A DNA stretch of 64,000 nt, taken from IMG/VR virus record IMGVR_UViG_3300035145_003993, positions 1-64,000 of that record. One strand, 5' to 3'. The notes under the pieces were generated by a model, which was not told the DNA's origin, did not search any database, and saw only the letters and a program-made list of their open reading frames with translations. The position numbers were made by a program, and so were the translations under genes. Position 1 is the stretch's first letter. The number at the start of each line of letters is the position of its first letter. Shown one piece after another: positions 1-7,691 of this stretch.

Positions 1-304
1 AGAATCACATGCAGGTCAAGTAGTTGAGTGCATCCCATCAGATGATGTAGTTTGTGAAGAAACCGTCGAAGAAACTGTTGAAGAAACTGTTGAAGAAACT
101 GTTGAAGGAGTAGAAGATGCAGGTCTTCCTGAAGAAGTAGAAGCTGGTGTAGAGGAATCTACTGAAGAACCTATTGAAGAAGTAGAAGCTGGTGTAGAGG
201 AATCTACTGAAGAACCTATTGAAGAAGTAGAAGCTGGTGATAATCAATCAGATTCTGGAGATCCAGAAATTGATCCTGCTCCTCAAGCTGGCGAGCCTGG
301 TTAA
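1..304 (+). CDS. 3' end of an acidic, repeat-rich protein (partial; missing from the ORF track)
   Basis: Frame 2 is open from nt 2 to TAA at 302-304: ESHAGQVVECIPSDDVVCEETVEETVEETVEETVEGVEDAGLPEEVEAGVEESTEEPIEEVEAGVEESTEEPIEEVEAGDNQSDSGDPEIDPAPQAGEPG*. Repeat units are multiples of 3. Confidence 0.85.
   Translation, partial: ESHAGQVVECIPSDDVVCEETVEETVEETVEETVEGVEDAGLPEEVEAGVEESTEEPIEEVEAGVEESTEEPIEEVEAGDNQSDSGDPEIDPAPQAGEPG
56..106 (+). repeat. 12-bp tandem repeat (GAAGAAACTGTT, about 4 copies, encodes EETV)
   Basis: Directly visible; the first copy is degenerate (gaagaaaccgtc). Confidence 0.9.
131..239 (+). repeat. 45-bp perfect tandem repeat, about 2.4 copies (EEVEAGVEESTEEPI)
   Basis: 131-175 is identical to 176-220, with a partial copy at 221-239. 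Confidence 0.95.
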
Positions 305-542
305 TATATTTTATTTTATTTTTGCGGTTTAACTGCTTAAATTTATATTCAATTTTTAAAGCGTTGGAGTGATCCAACGCTTTTTTTATATACACAAATC
401 GACATGGTCTTTTACTTCTCGTATATTTAGCTCCACCTTTAATAACACCATTATGCTGTTTTAATCTTCTTTCAAGATTTGTAGTTATACCGCAATAAAA
501 AGAATTGTCATTACAGATTAACACGTACATATACCATTTCAA
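216..542 (-). CDS. GIY-YIG nuclease, SLX1/UPF0213-like
   Basis: YMYVL..DNSFYCGITTNLERRLKQHN..GAKYTRSKRP..ALKIE motifs; TTG start with AGGAGG RBS at 550-555. Confidence 0.9.
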   Translation of the reverse strand: MKWYMYVLICNDNSFYCGITTNLERRLKQHNGVIKGGAKYTRSKRPCRFVYIKKALDHSNALKIEYKFKQLNRKNKIKYINQARQLEEQDQFLDLQNLIDYHQLLLLQ

Positions 543-560
543 AAGTTGTCCTCCTACATT

Positions 561-643
561 TTCTTCTCACTGAAGAAAGGGTGAAAATTCAGCAAGTCAA
601 ATGGCATTACTACACTTTTATATGTTGACACCCTTGTTCTTCA
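561..643 (-). promoter_or_regulatory. Putative structured RNA leader (nested inverted repeats) upstream of the GIY-YIG gene
   Basis: 571-583 TGAAGAAAGGGTG pairs with 629-643 CACCCTTGTTCTTCA (2-nt bulge). Inner pair GTCAA 596-600 / TTGAC 625-629. Alternative pair TTCTTC 561-566 / GAAGAA 572-577. Confidence 0.4.
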
Positions 644-682
644 CATATTATATAAAAGACATAGATAGGACCGACTAATTAA

Positions 683-1156
683 TTATACTATACTTAATAT
701 AACGTCTATAATACTTAAGTCGTAATTTTCATTTTCAACGTTAATATTACTGTCTTTTAGTGAGTGAAATACACTAAAGGCAAATTCTCTTCTATTTTTA
801 AATTGATCTATTCTTTTTGAATTTAAAATTTTATTAATTAATCTTTTTTCTTCAATAGAATTTGCTTTACAAAAGTCGTAAAGAGTTTCAATAACATTTT
901 TTTTATTGAAAACTGTATTGTTTGAAAATAAGTTTGCAGGTAAATGACGAAGAATTAAAAAAGGGTCTTCATCGTTATTTATTTGACATAAACACTTTTC
1001 TTTTTTGTGAAGAGAAATTGAATTGTTATCTGCAACTAAAGAAAATAATCCATCATCACTATTAGGCGACGCTATTTTCCATGTATTTTTATTTAAAGGA
1101 TCTTTCGTTATTTTATATCCTAAATGGTTTATTTGATTTATTAATTTTTCTATCAT
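683..1156 (-). CDS. hypothetical protein
   Basis: 157-aa ORF packed in the operon; no recognised motif. Confidence 0.75.
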   Translation of the reverse strand: MIEKLINQINHLGYKITKDPLNKNTWKIASPNSDDGLFSLVADNNSISLHKKEKCLCQINNDEDPFLILRHLPANLFSNNTVFNKKNVIETLYDFCKANSIEEKRLINKILNSKRIDQFKNRREFAFSVFHSLKDSNINVENENYDLSIIDVILSIV

Positions 1157-1164
1157 TATTAACT

Positions 1165-1695
1165 CTATTTAATTTTATAATATTTTTCTTTTGATATTGT
1201 AGGACTAAAAAATGTTAATCGATTTCCTTCGATATCTATGACTTCAAAAGAAGTGTCTCCCCAAGAATTGTCTTCAAGAGGACCTATTTGAATATTTTTT
1301 TTAGAAAACTTGTCATGTAATTTATGAACAGAACTAACTCTTAAAGACAAAGAAACATTGCCATAAAAGTTTTTGTTATACTTGTGAAAAGTTCCATTTT
1401 GGTTGTAAAGTTCAATAATGTTTCCTCCAATATCAAACATCGTTCCTTCACTTCCTTGACTTCTCCAATAGTGAACAACAGGAAACTCTAAAAACTTATT
1501 ATAAAACTTAACCATTTCTTCCATACTTTTGACATAAATATGAACTCTTACTTCTTTAGAATATGCATTCCAACTTTTTCCTAAATCTATATTTAATTCT
1601 TTTGCAGCATCAATAGCAGATTTAGAAGGTGCAGTTTTATTTTTGCTTGTCTTTTTAGAATTTTTATCATTTTGCTGATTGAAAAAACTTGTCAT
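1165..1695 (-). CDS. VOC (glyoxalase/bleomycin-resistance) family protein with basic N-terminal extension
   Basis: VHIYVKSMEEMVKFYNKFLEF..IIELY..LSLRVSSV..GPLEDNSWGDTSFEVIDIEGNRLTF is the typical paired beta-alpha-beta-beta-beta VOC pattern. Confidence 0.85.
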   Translation of the reverse strand: MTSFFNQQNDKNSKKTSKNKTAPSKSAIDAAKELNIDLGKSWNAYSKEVRVHIYVKSMEEMVKFYNKFLEFPVVHYWRSQGSEGTMFDIGGNIIELYNQNGTFHKYNKNFYGNVSLSLRVSSVHKLHDKFSKKNIQIGPLEDNSWGDTSFEVIDIEGNRLTFFSPTISKEKYYKIK

Positions 1696-1698
1696 TTA

Positions 1699-2091
1699 TT
1701 ATCTTCTTTCTCTTTTTTCCCCGCCTAAAGGATATTGTAACCACGCATAAGGTTTTCTATTATCAATATAATCTTCTAAATTATCACAGTTCCATGCTTC
1801 TTGTTCAAACCTAATAGATAAGTAAGACTCTCTAGAAAAGCCTTTTCTGCATATAATAGATGACCAAATATAATCAAATAAATATATAATTAAAAAACCA
1901 ATAAAAAATAATTCCTTGTATTGTAAATAATGAATTGTTTCGTGTCTTTTAGTTTTTTCTTCTAAAGTTCCTCGACAAAATATCCAAGGCCCTAAAGTTA
2001 TTGCCCAAATATCAATTGGAGCAAATTTACTTAAAATAACTGGAATTTTACTGTTTTCATAAAATTTTGGGTATTTCACTTTATTTTTCAC
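1699..2091 (-). CDS. small HExxH zincin-like protein (DUF4157-like) with a hydrophobic segment
   Basis: AITLGP..RHETIHYLQ..FEQEAW; GTG start. Confidence 0.7.
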   Translation of the reverse strand: MKNKVKYPKFYENSKIPVILSKFAPIDIWAITLGPWIFCRGTLEEKTKRHETIHYLQYKELFFIGFLIIYLFDYIWSSIICRKGFSRESYLSIRFEQEAWNCDNLEDYIDNRKPYAWLQYPLGGEKRERR

Positions 2092-2287
2092 TTAAATCAT
2101 CAATATCTTCAGTTGGTTGTGGATTTTCACCTTCAAGGTCTTCATCTTTAGGAGGATTACCTTCAGGGGGCATTTCTTCTGGGTCAGTCATTGTTTTTCT
2201 AGATTCATCATTAAGTGAACTTTCTTCGTTACCTTCATTGATAAATCTTCTCCAAGCTTCCATAATTAGTTTTGTATCATTGTTCAT
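2081..2287 (-). CDS. small acidic protein, candidate internal head protein
   Basis: ATG at 2287 is preferred over TTG at 2299. MNNDTKLIMEAWRRFINE is followed by a disordered E/D/P tail; TATAATTA lies upstream. Confidence 0.65.
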   Translation of the reverse strand: MNNDTKLIMEAWRRFINEGNEESSLNDESRKTMTDPEEMPPEGNPPKDEDLEGENPQPTEDIDDLSEK

Positions 2288-2313
2288 AGTAAATCTCAAC
2301 TTAAATTATATTA

Positions 2314-2321
2314 TAATTATA
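2314..2321 (-). promoter_or_regulatory. putative late promoter TATAATTA
   Basis: Recurrent intergenic octamer, one mismatch from the T4 late promoter TATAAATA. Confidence 0.4.
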
Positions 2322-2359
2322 CTCAATTCAATTAAAGTTATTTTTTATTAATCGAATAC

Positions 2360-2383
2360 AAAAAAACCAGCAAAAGCTGGCTT
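2360..2383 (-). terminator. intrinsic terminator downstream of the major capsid gene
   Basis: Minus strand reads AAGCCAGC-TTTT-GCTGG-TTTTTTT. Confidence 0.85.
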
Positions 2384-2387
2384 GATG

Positions 2388-2411
2388 TCATCTTATAATA
2401 TTTTAAGATGA
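2388..2411. repeat. 24-bp near-perfect palindrome in the gp23 3' UTR
   Basis: TCATCTTA-T-AATATT-T-TAAGATGA, with a single T/T mismatch. Confidence 0.75.
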
Positions 2412-2433
2412 TAATCTATCAAAAGAACTTATC

Positions 2434-4242
2434 TTAGATAATGTTCATATCAAGACATGTTACTGTACCGTAGAAATCAGCACGTACCATCTTCTTACCG
2501 TAACGAGTCATAACACCCTTACGTGGTGTGAAATCCTCTGGCTGGAAGATTGTAGGTGTAACGATCAATGGAACGTATGGAGCATAAACGAAACCAGTCT
2601 CTAGGTAAGAACCACCCTTATAACCAACAAGGATCTTGTTGCGTGGGAAGTATGGGTCTTTGTAAACTGTGAAACGATTACTTAGTGTACCAACTTTGTC
2701 TGCACCCATTGTGAAAGGAGCACCAACTTGACCATCACCATCAATGCTATAGCTTGGACGATAAAGAACAGAAGCTTCAAGGATTGTTGCAACATCAGGA
2801 GAAACTACGATGAAGTTAGCAGAACCACGAAGTGTCTTTCTGTGAATCTCATTAGCAACGTCAATAACAGTCTCAGTTAGAGTCTCATACCACTCACGAA
2901 CAGTACCAGTAAATGCTGGTCCAGGATTAAGTGTAGATGTACGCGCGATCTCAGCACCAGTACGCTTGTTAACAAACTTACCAGGTGAACGACTCCAGAA
3001 GAAGTTAGCACCTTGTGCACCATTTAGAAGATCTCCAAGAATCTCACGATCGATTTCAAGAGCGATTTGCTCAGAAAGAATCTGAGTAAGCTCAACCTCT
3101 GCATCCATTGAGTGGTATGCATTAAGGTCTTGTGCAAGCTCTGGACTCCAACGTGCTCTCAACTTGCGTGTTTGTGCTGTTACAGGGATTGACTCAATCT
3201 TAATATCAATCTCTGGAATTGCAGAAGGAGCATCAGTTGTTAGTAATGTCTGACCTTCCATTGCTGGATCAACATCTACACCACCAACACTATTTGCAAT
3301 ACCTTCAGCACCATCAGCTTCAACAAATTCAACAATGATACCATCAACATTACCACCATCAATTGTGAGTGCAGCAGTTGCAGGTACTGTAGCGTGAATC
3401 TGAACTAGGAAAAGAGCTCGATCTTGTACACCATTTGCATTAAGAGCACCAGCTTTGAAAGTTGCTAAAGTATCGCCAGTACCAACTTTAGTAACTTTTC
3501 TTACGTTGTGAGATAAACCACCTTGCAATTTTTGTGCCGCTGAAATTTGAACAGATTGAGCTGTTCCACCGTCATCCATAACTGCAGTTGCAGACTTAAT
3601 AAGAGAAAGATCAGCACCTGAAAGTTGAGTTGCATCTAACAATACAAATTGAAATGCTGATGTTGCTGCTGCGTCAATAACTTCTGAATCGTAATCGACT
3701 AGTGCAAGGTGAGTAGCATCAGTTGGATCAAATTTAGCAGTTGCTTGTACATTGCCATGTGCAACTGTTTCTGTTTTGTGCTCGCGAGAAAAACCGCTAC
3801 CTGCAAGATCATATTGACCACCAAGAGCATCAGCCCCACCTTGAATAGCCTTACCAGTAGGACCACCATAGATTGACTCAGTTGTTTGGTGAGGACCCTC
3901 TTGTGAACCGTATGTATAATCTAGATAAAATAGAAGACCACTTGGAAGACTCATTGGTTGAATTGAAACTAGTTCATTTGCAATAAGACCACCGAATACG
4001 CGACGAACGATTGGGAATGCAATGTTTGAGAAACCACCAACATCACCAGCATTCATTGTGCTGCTTTCGCGAAGAACTTGAGCAGCTTGATTCTCAAGAA
4101 GAGTAGCCATATTTTCGCGGTTTACATCATCCATACCACGAAGAAGACCAGTGCGAGACCATTTCTCAACGAGGCGCTTGTTTTGTTGGCCCACGTGGCG
4201 GTCTCTAATACCTTCAGTTAACTTTTGTAGTGTAAAACTCAT
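2434..4242 (-). CDS. gp23: major capsid protein, T4 gp23-like
   Basis: LVEKW..LLENQ, FPIVRRVF..ELVSIQPM..PSGLLFY, TRKLRARWSPELAQDLNAYH..DAEVELT..LSEQIALEIDREI, GFVYAPYVPL, FTPRKGVMTRY; AAGGA RBS. Confidence 0.98.
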   Translation of the reverse strand: MSFTLQKLTEGIRDRHVGQQNKRLVEKWSRTGLLRGMDDVNRENMATLLENQAAQVLRESSTMNAGDVGGFSNIAFPIVRRVFGGLIANELVSIQPMSLPSGLLFYLDYTYGSQEGPHQTTESIYGGPTGKAIQGGADALGGQYDLAGSGFSREHKTETVAHGNVQATAKFDPTDATHLALVDYDSEVIDAAATSAFQFVLLDATQLSGADLSLIKSATAVMDDGGTAQSVQISAAQKLQGGLSHNVRKVTKVGTGDTLATFKAGALNANGVQDRALFLVQIHATVPATAALTIDGGNVDGIIVEFVEADGAEGIANSVGGVDVDPAMEGQTLLTTDAPSAIPEIDIKIESIPVTAQTRKLRARWSPELAQDLNAYHSMDAEVELTQILSEQIALEIDREILGDLLNGAQGANFFWSRSPGKFVNKRTGAEIARTSTLNPGPAFTGTVREWYETLTETVIDVANEIHRKTLRGSANFIVVSPDVATILEASVLYRPSYSIDGDGQVGAPFTMGADKVGTLSNRFTVYKDPYFPRNKILVGYKGGSYLETGFVYAPYVPLIVTPTIFQPEDFTPRKGVMTRYGKKMVRADFYGTVTCLDMNII

Positions 4243-4282
4243 ATGTTTTATCCTTTATAATTCTTAAATAATTAAATTGTTT

Positions 4283-5800
4283 TTATTTTCTAATACCAGC
4301 AAGAGTTGCCCAACGATCAAGTGCTACAGATTCGTTAATTGGCTTTGCTTGACCACTACGAACTGAGTTTGAAGAAGAACTAGAAGATCTTCTTAGTGCA
4401 CCTTCAGATAGGTTACTATTACGGGATGCCTTACTACTTACAAGCGACTTTGAAAGACTTTCAAATAGAATCTTAGCCTCACCAATAGTCTTTGCTTCAT
4501 CAAGAGATTCAACAATGTTGCGTTGTTGCTTCATTGACAAATCACGATTTTGCATGAGTTTGTTAGCATAAAGTAACTTCGCGTTGAATAGGTTCATTTC
4601 TGAAAGATGAGTCTTCATTCCTTGAAGAGCCTCTTTGTATTGAGAAAGCTTGCTTTCTAGCATACGATTCGTGCGTACAACTTTTGCAGCTTTAGTTTTC
4701 ATCTCTTGAAGCTTGTCTACACCATCAACAAAAGCTTCACCTTCTTCAGAACCACCACCAAATTGTGAAGCTATATCTTTAGCTTCACCTTCACGAAGAG
4801 ATTTCATTCTACCAATCTCTCTTCTAAGCATATTTTCATCAATTTCTAAAACACGGTCAAAAGACTCAGCTATTTCTTCTGGGCCATCTTTAACTTCATC
4901 TTCATCTTCATCTAAGTGAGTTCCTTCATAAGCTTCTTTTTGCTCATGATCATCCTCAAACAAACCTTCAAGATTAAGTTCTTGTTGGCCAACATCTTCG
5001 TCTTCTTCTACAAGACCTGCCATGATAGCTAATTCTCTAACTGTCGTAAGATCTGTAACTTCGTCACCAGATTCTTCAGCTTCTTCAACTTCTTCAGCTT
5101 CTACTTCAGATTCTTCCTCATTTTCAGGTTTAGGATCTTCATCAGCAGCTAAAAGATCTGCGTCATCGTCTTCTTTTACTTCGTCAGCTTCGAAAAGATC
5201 AATCTCTAGGAGATCGTCAAAGCTTTCGTTAAGATACTTTTTGTTTGAGTGTCTACTAGACATATTCTCTAACTCCTTATTTAATTTATAAAATTCTTCT
5301 AAAAGTTCTTTGTTATTTCTAATTATACCGTTTTTGTTCAATTTTGCTATTTCATTAACTAAATTCTTATATAATACTATAATTCTAGGTTTATTTACGC
5401 TATATTTATCTGAACTTTCTGAAAGAATTATAGCTTTTTGTAAAGAGTTAATACTTTCTTTCAAATCAGATATTTTTTGTTTTGCAGCTTGAATTCTAGA
5501 ATTTTGACTAATTAATTTATTAAGAATTCTTCTAGATTCTTGATTAAGCTCAACAGGTTTTGAATCTTCTTGTTCAGTTTGTTCTTCTTTGACTTCATCT
5601 TGAGATTCTTCTTTAATAGATTCATATGAGCAATCATCTTGACTTGTTAATTCTTCATCTGATTCAAAAAGTTTTTTCTCTACCATAATTTTAATTTGTG
5701 GTGAAATAGACTCAATTATTTGTTGTTTTACTTTTTCTTCAGCAGATAACTTTATTTGTTCTGCTGCTTCAATTGCTTCGTTATATAATGTACTACTCAT
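4283..5800 (-). CDS. gp22: prohead core/scaffolding protein, gp22-like
   Basis: Immediately upstream of the major capsid gene; highly acidic coiled coil with many L/I-x-E sites; LSEMNLFNAKLLYANKL; C-terminus DRWATLAGIRK. Confidence 0.8.
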   Translation of the reverse strand: MSSTLYNEAIEAAEQIKLSAEEKVKQQIIESISPQIKIMVEKKLFESDEELTSQDDCSYESIKEESQDEVKEEQTEQEDSKPVELNQESRRILNKLISQNSRIQAAKQKISDLKESINSLQKAIILSESSDKYSVNKPRIIVLYKNLVNEIAKLNKNGIIRNNKELLEEFYKLNKELENMSSRHSNKKYLNESFDDLLEIDLFEADEVKEDDDADLLAADEDPKPENEEESEVEAEEVEEAEESGDEVTDLTTVRELAIMAGLVEEDEDVGQQELNLEGLFEDDHEQKEAYEGTHLDEDEDEVKDGPEEIAESFDRVLEIDENMLRREIGRMKSLREGEAKDIASQFGGGSEEGEAFVDGVDKLQEMKTKAAKVVRTNRMLESKLSQYKEALQGMKTHLSEMNLFNAKLLYANKLMQNRDLSMKQQRNIVESLDEAKTIGEAKILFESLSKSLVSSKASRNSNLSEGALRRSSSSSSNSVRSGQAKPINESVALDRWATLAGIRK

Positions 5801-5812
5801 ATTTAAAACCTG

Positions 5813-5820
5813 TATTTATA
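5813..5820 (-). promoter_or_regulatory. T4-type late promoter TATAAATA upstream of scaffold/capsid genes
   Basis: Exact T4 late consensus in the 33-bp gap. It lies only 12 nt from the ATG, so the leader would be very short. Confidence 0.4.
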
Positions 5821-5833
5821 TAATTTATATATT

Positions 5834-6709
5834 CTATAATTTTTTATTTTTGTTTAAAACATTATATTTATCATTAAAATTTTGATTTGTTGTTTGTAAC
5901 AATATATCAAAAGATGATAAATCTTCGTCATAAAAATCATCAATAAGTATTTCTGAGGATGAAGATTTAACAGTTTCTGCACCGTCAGTTGTACCTTTCA
6001 TTGGAACTTTAACATGTCCATGAGGAGTTTTAATATAAACATTGATTTCTTCTTGATCATGTCCTTTATAATTAAAACCATGTCTACCTTTAGGGAGATG
6101 GCCAACAGGAGCAGCATCTGCTGTATTTGTTGATACATTCATGTTTTTATAAATACTATCTTTTCCAGTAGATCTAACAACAATATTACCACTAATTTGG
6201 TTACCTCTTTCAGACAATATTAATTCTTCAATATATTCCTTAAGACTGTTTTCTAACAATTTGTTTCCTTTAACTTCGTAACCGGCTGATAATCCTATTA
6301 CACCTGCAATACTATTTCCTAAACCACCTAAACTTGAAATGTCTGTTCCTCTATGTGCTAAGGAATCTGTTGCTCTTCTTTGAAAAGATGTATGAGCTTT
6401 TGACTCAATATCTGCATCTAATTCATCATATGGATTGTCTGCTTCAGTTTCTATTAGACCTGCTAAAATTGCTAATTCTCTAACTGTTGTATTAGAAGTT
6501 ATTTGTATTATTTCTTGTTTGTCTTCTGGAATTTCATAATCATATTCTCCTTTTGGAGAACTTAATGCATCACCCATATTCCAGTTTCTACCAATACCAC
6601 TATTAGGATCACCACCTAAAGACCCTATACTTAAACCTGTCCTACTGTCATAATTAAATGATCCACCGAATGAGTTAGGATTTGAATTAGAAAAAGTAGG
6701 ACTAGTCAT
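5834..6709 (-). CDS. hypothetical head-module protein sharing the TTVRELAIxAGLxE motif with the scaffold
   Basis: 291-aa ORF with AAGGA RBS; motif is 12/14 aa identical to the scaffold copy. Confidence 0.8.
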   Translation of the reverse strand: MTSPTFSNSNPNSFGGSFNYDSRTGLSIGSLGGDPNSGIGRNWNMGDALSSPKGEYDYEIPEDKQEIIQITSNTTVRELAILAGLIETEADNPYDELDADIESKAHTSFQRRATDSLAHRGTDISSLGGLGNSIAGVIGLSAGYEVKGNKLLENSLKEYIEELILSERGNQISGNIVVRSTGKDSIYKNMNVSTNTADAAPVGHLPKGRHGFNYKGHDQEEINVYIKTPHGHVKVPMKGTTDGAETVKSSSSEILIDDFYDEDLSSFDILLQTTNQNFNDKYNVLNKNKKL

Positions 6710-6718
6710 TTAAATTCC

Positions 6719-7288
6719 TTAAGGTTGCTTATAGTCAATATTCGGATCTTCAGATGGACTCTTTGCTTCGCCTAAAATTGGTAAAGAAACAGATGTATCA
6801 TTACCAGAAGAATTATAGTGTCGACTAAAATATGTTCCTATTGTTGAGGCTGGACTTAAAGGTTCATTACGATCATCTCTCCAACCAAAACCTTTATTTT
6901 GTCTATCTTCAGGAATTGTAGCTTGATTTTCAGTAGGTGCTGATAGGTTGTTAATGTCAGGTGAAATTAGATTAGGGCCTTTTTTATTAGGTTGGTCTTT
7001 AGCGTTTTGTAAATCATCAAACATACTTTCAGAACCACTATGAGTAAAATCTAGATGAGGAACAAAATCAGGATTTCCTAATTCAGATCTTAAATCTAAT
7101 TCTTTCATTGTATCTGTTGAAGCTTCTAAAACTTCTTGACTTCTATCAGGAAAAACAGACTGACTAGTGTAAACGCCCATTTCGCTAATACTACCACCTT
7201 TATAGGCTTCTCTTTGTCTTTTTATTTGTTCATTAAATGACGTAGCATTAACGAAATCATTAGCTCCTGATTTTCTATATCCAGCCAT
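6719..7288 (-). CDS. hypothetical head-module protein (polar, Pro-rich)
   Basis: 189-aa ORF with AAGGA RBS. Confidence 0.8.
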   Translation of the reverse strand: MAGYRKSGANDFVNATSFNEQIKRQREAYKGGSISEMGVYTSQSVFPDRSQEVLEASTDTMKELDLRSELGNPDFVPHLDFTHSGSESMFDDLQNAKDQPNKKGPNLISPDINNLSAPTENQATIPEDRQNKGFGWRDDRNEPLSPASTIGTYFSRHYNSSGNDTSVSLPILGEAKSPSEDPNIDYKQP

Positions 7289-7319
7289 AATAAAATCCTT
7301 TCAGAAATAAAATATGATA

Positions 7320-7607
7320 TTATATACCTTTAATTATTCTTCTTCTAAGTTCTTTTTTAACTTCTTGAAGTCTTTTTAGTTCTTCAATCATTTTTGATTC
7401 TTTAATTTTACAAGCTTGATAATAATTCATGCATTTCGAAAGAGAATCAGCAAGATCAGATGCTTCAACCTCTTTGACTTTTTTAATAACTTGTGATGGA
7501 TGTGAAGCTTTTAACTCTAAAGTTTCATTCATACGTTGTCTTTCTTCACTCACCATTTCTTTAATAAGTTCAGGTGTAACCTTAATAACTTTATCTGTAT
7601 TAGACAT
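7320..7607 (-). CDS. hypothetical coiled-coil head-module protein
   Basis: 95 aa with GGAG RBS; N-terminal KVTPELIKEMVSEERQRMNE helix. Confidence 0.8.
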   Translation of the reverse strand: MSNTDKVIKVTPELIKEMVSEERQRMNETLELKASHPSQVIKKVKEVEASDLADSLSKCMNYYQACKIKESKMIEELKRLQEVKKELRRRIIKGI

Positions 7608-7643
7608 AATTTATCTCCATATAATACTAAATTTTATATTACA

Positions 7644-7651
7644 TAATTATA
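7644..7651 (-). promoter_or_regulatory. putative late promoter TATAATTA
   Basis: Recurrent intergenic octamer. Confidence 0.4.
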
Positions 7652-7691
7652 TCTATATGAGTAAAATTTAAATTGTTTTTAATTTAATATT

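Noticed and set aside
131-239. Possible CRISPR-like array
   Set aside because: The repeats are head-to-tail with no spacers and are in-frame coding.
38-247. 69-aa minus-strand ORF with FYFFNRFFSRFL repeats
   Set aside because: It is the antisense shadow of the plus-strand Glu-rich repeat gene.
625-656. Plus-strand sigma70 promoter (TTGACA at 625-630)
   Set aside because: The best -10 (TATTAT) is only 15 nt away, it points antisense with no downstream gene, and the hexamer is explained as part of a stem.
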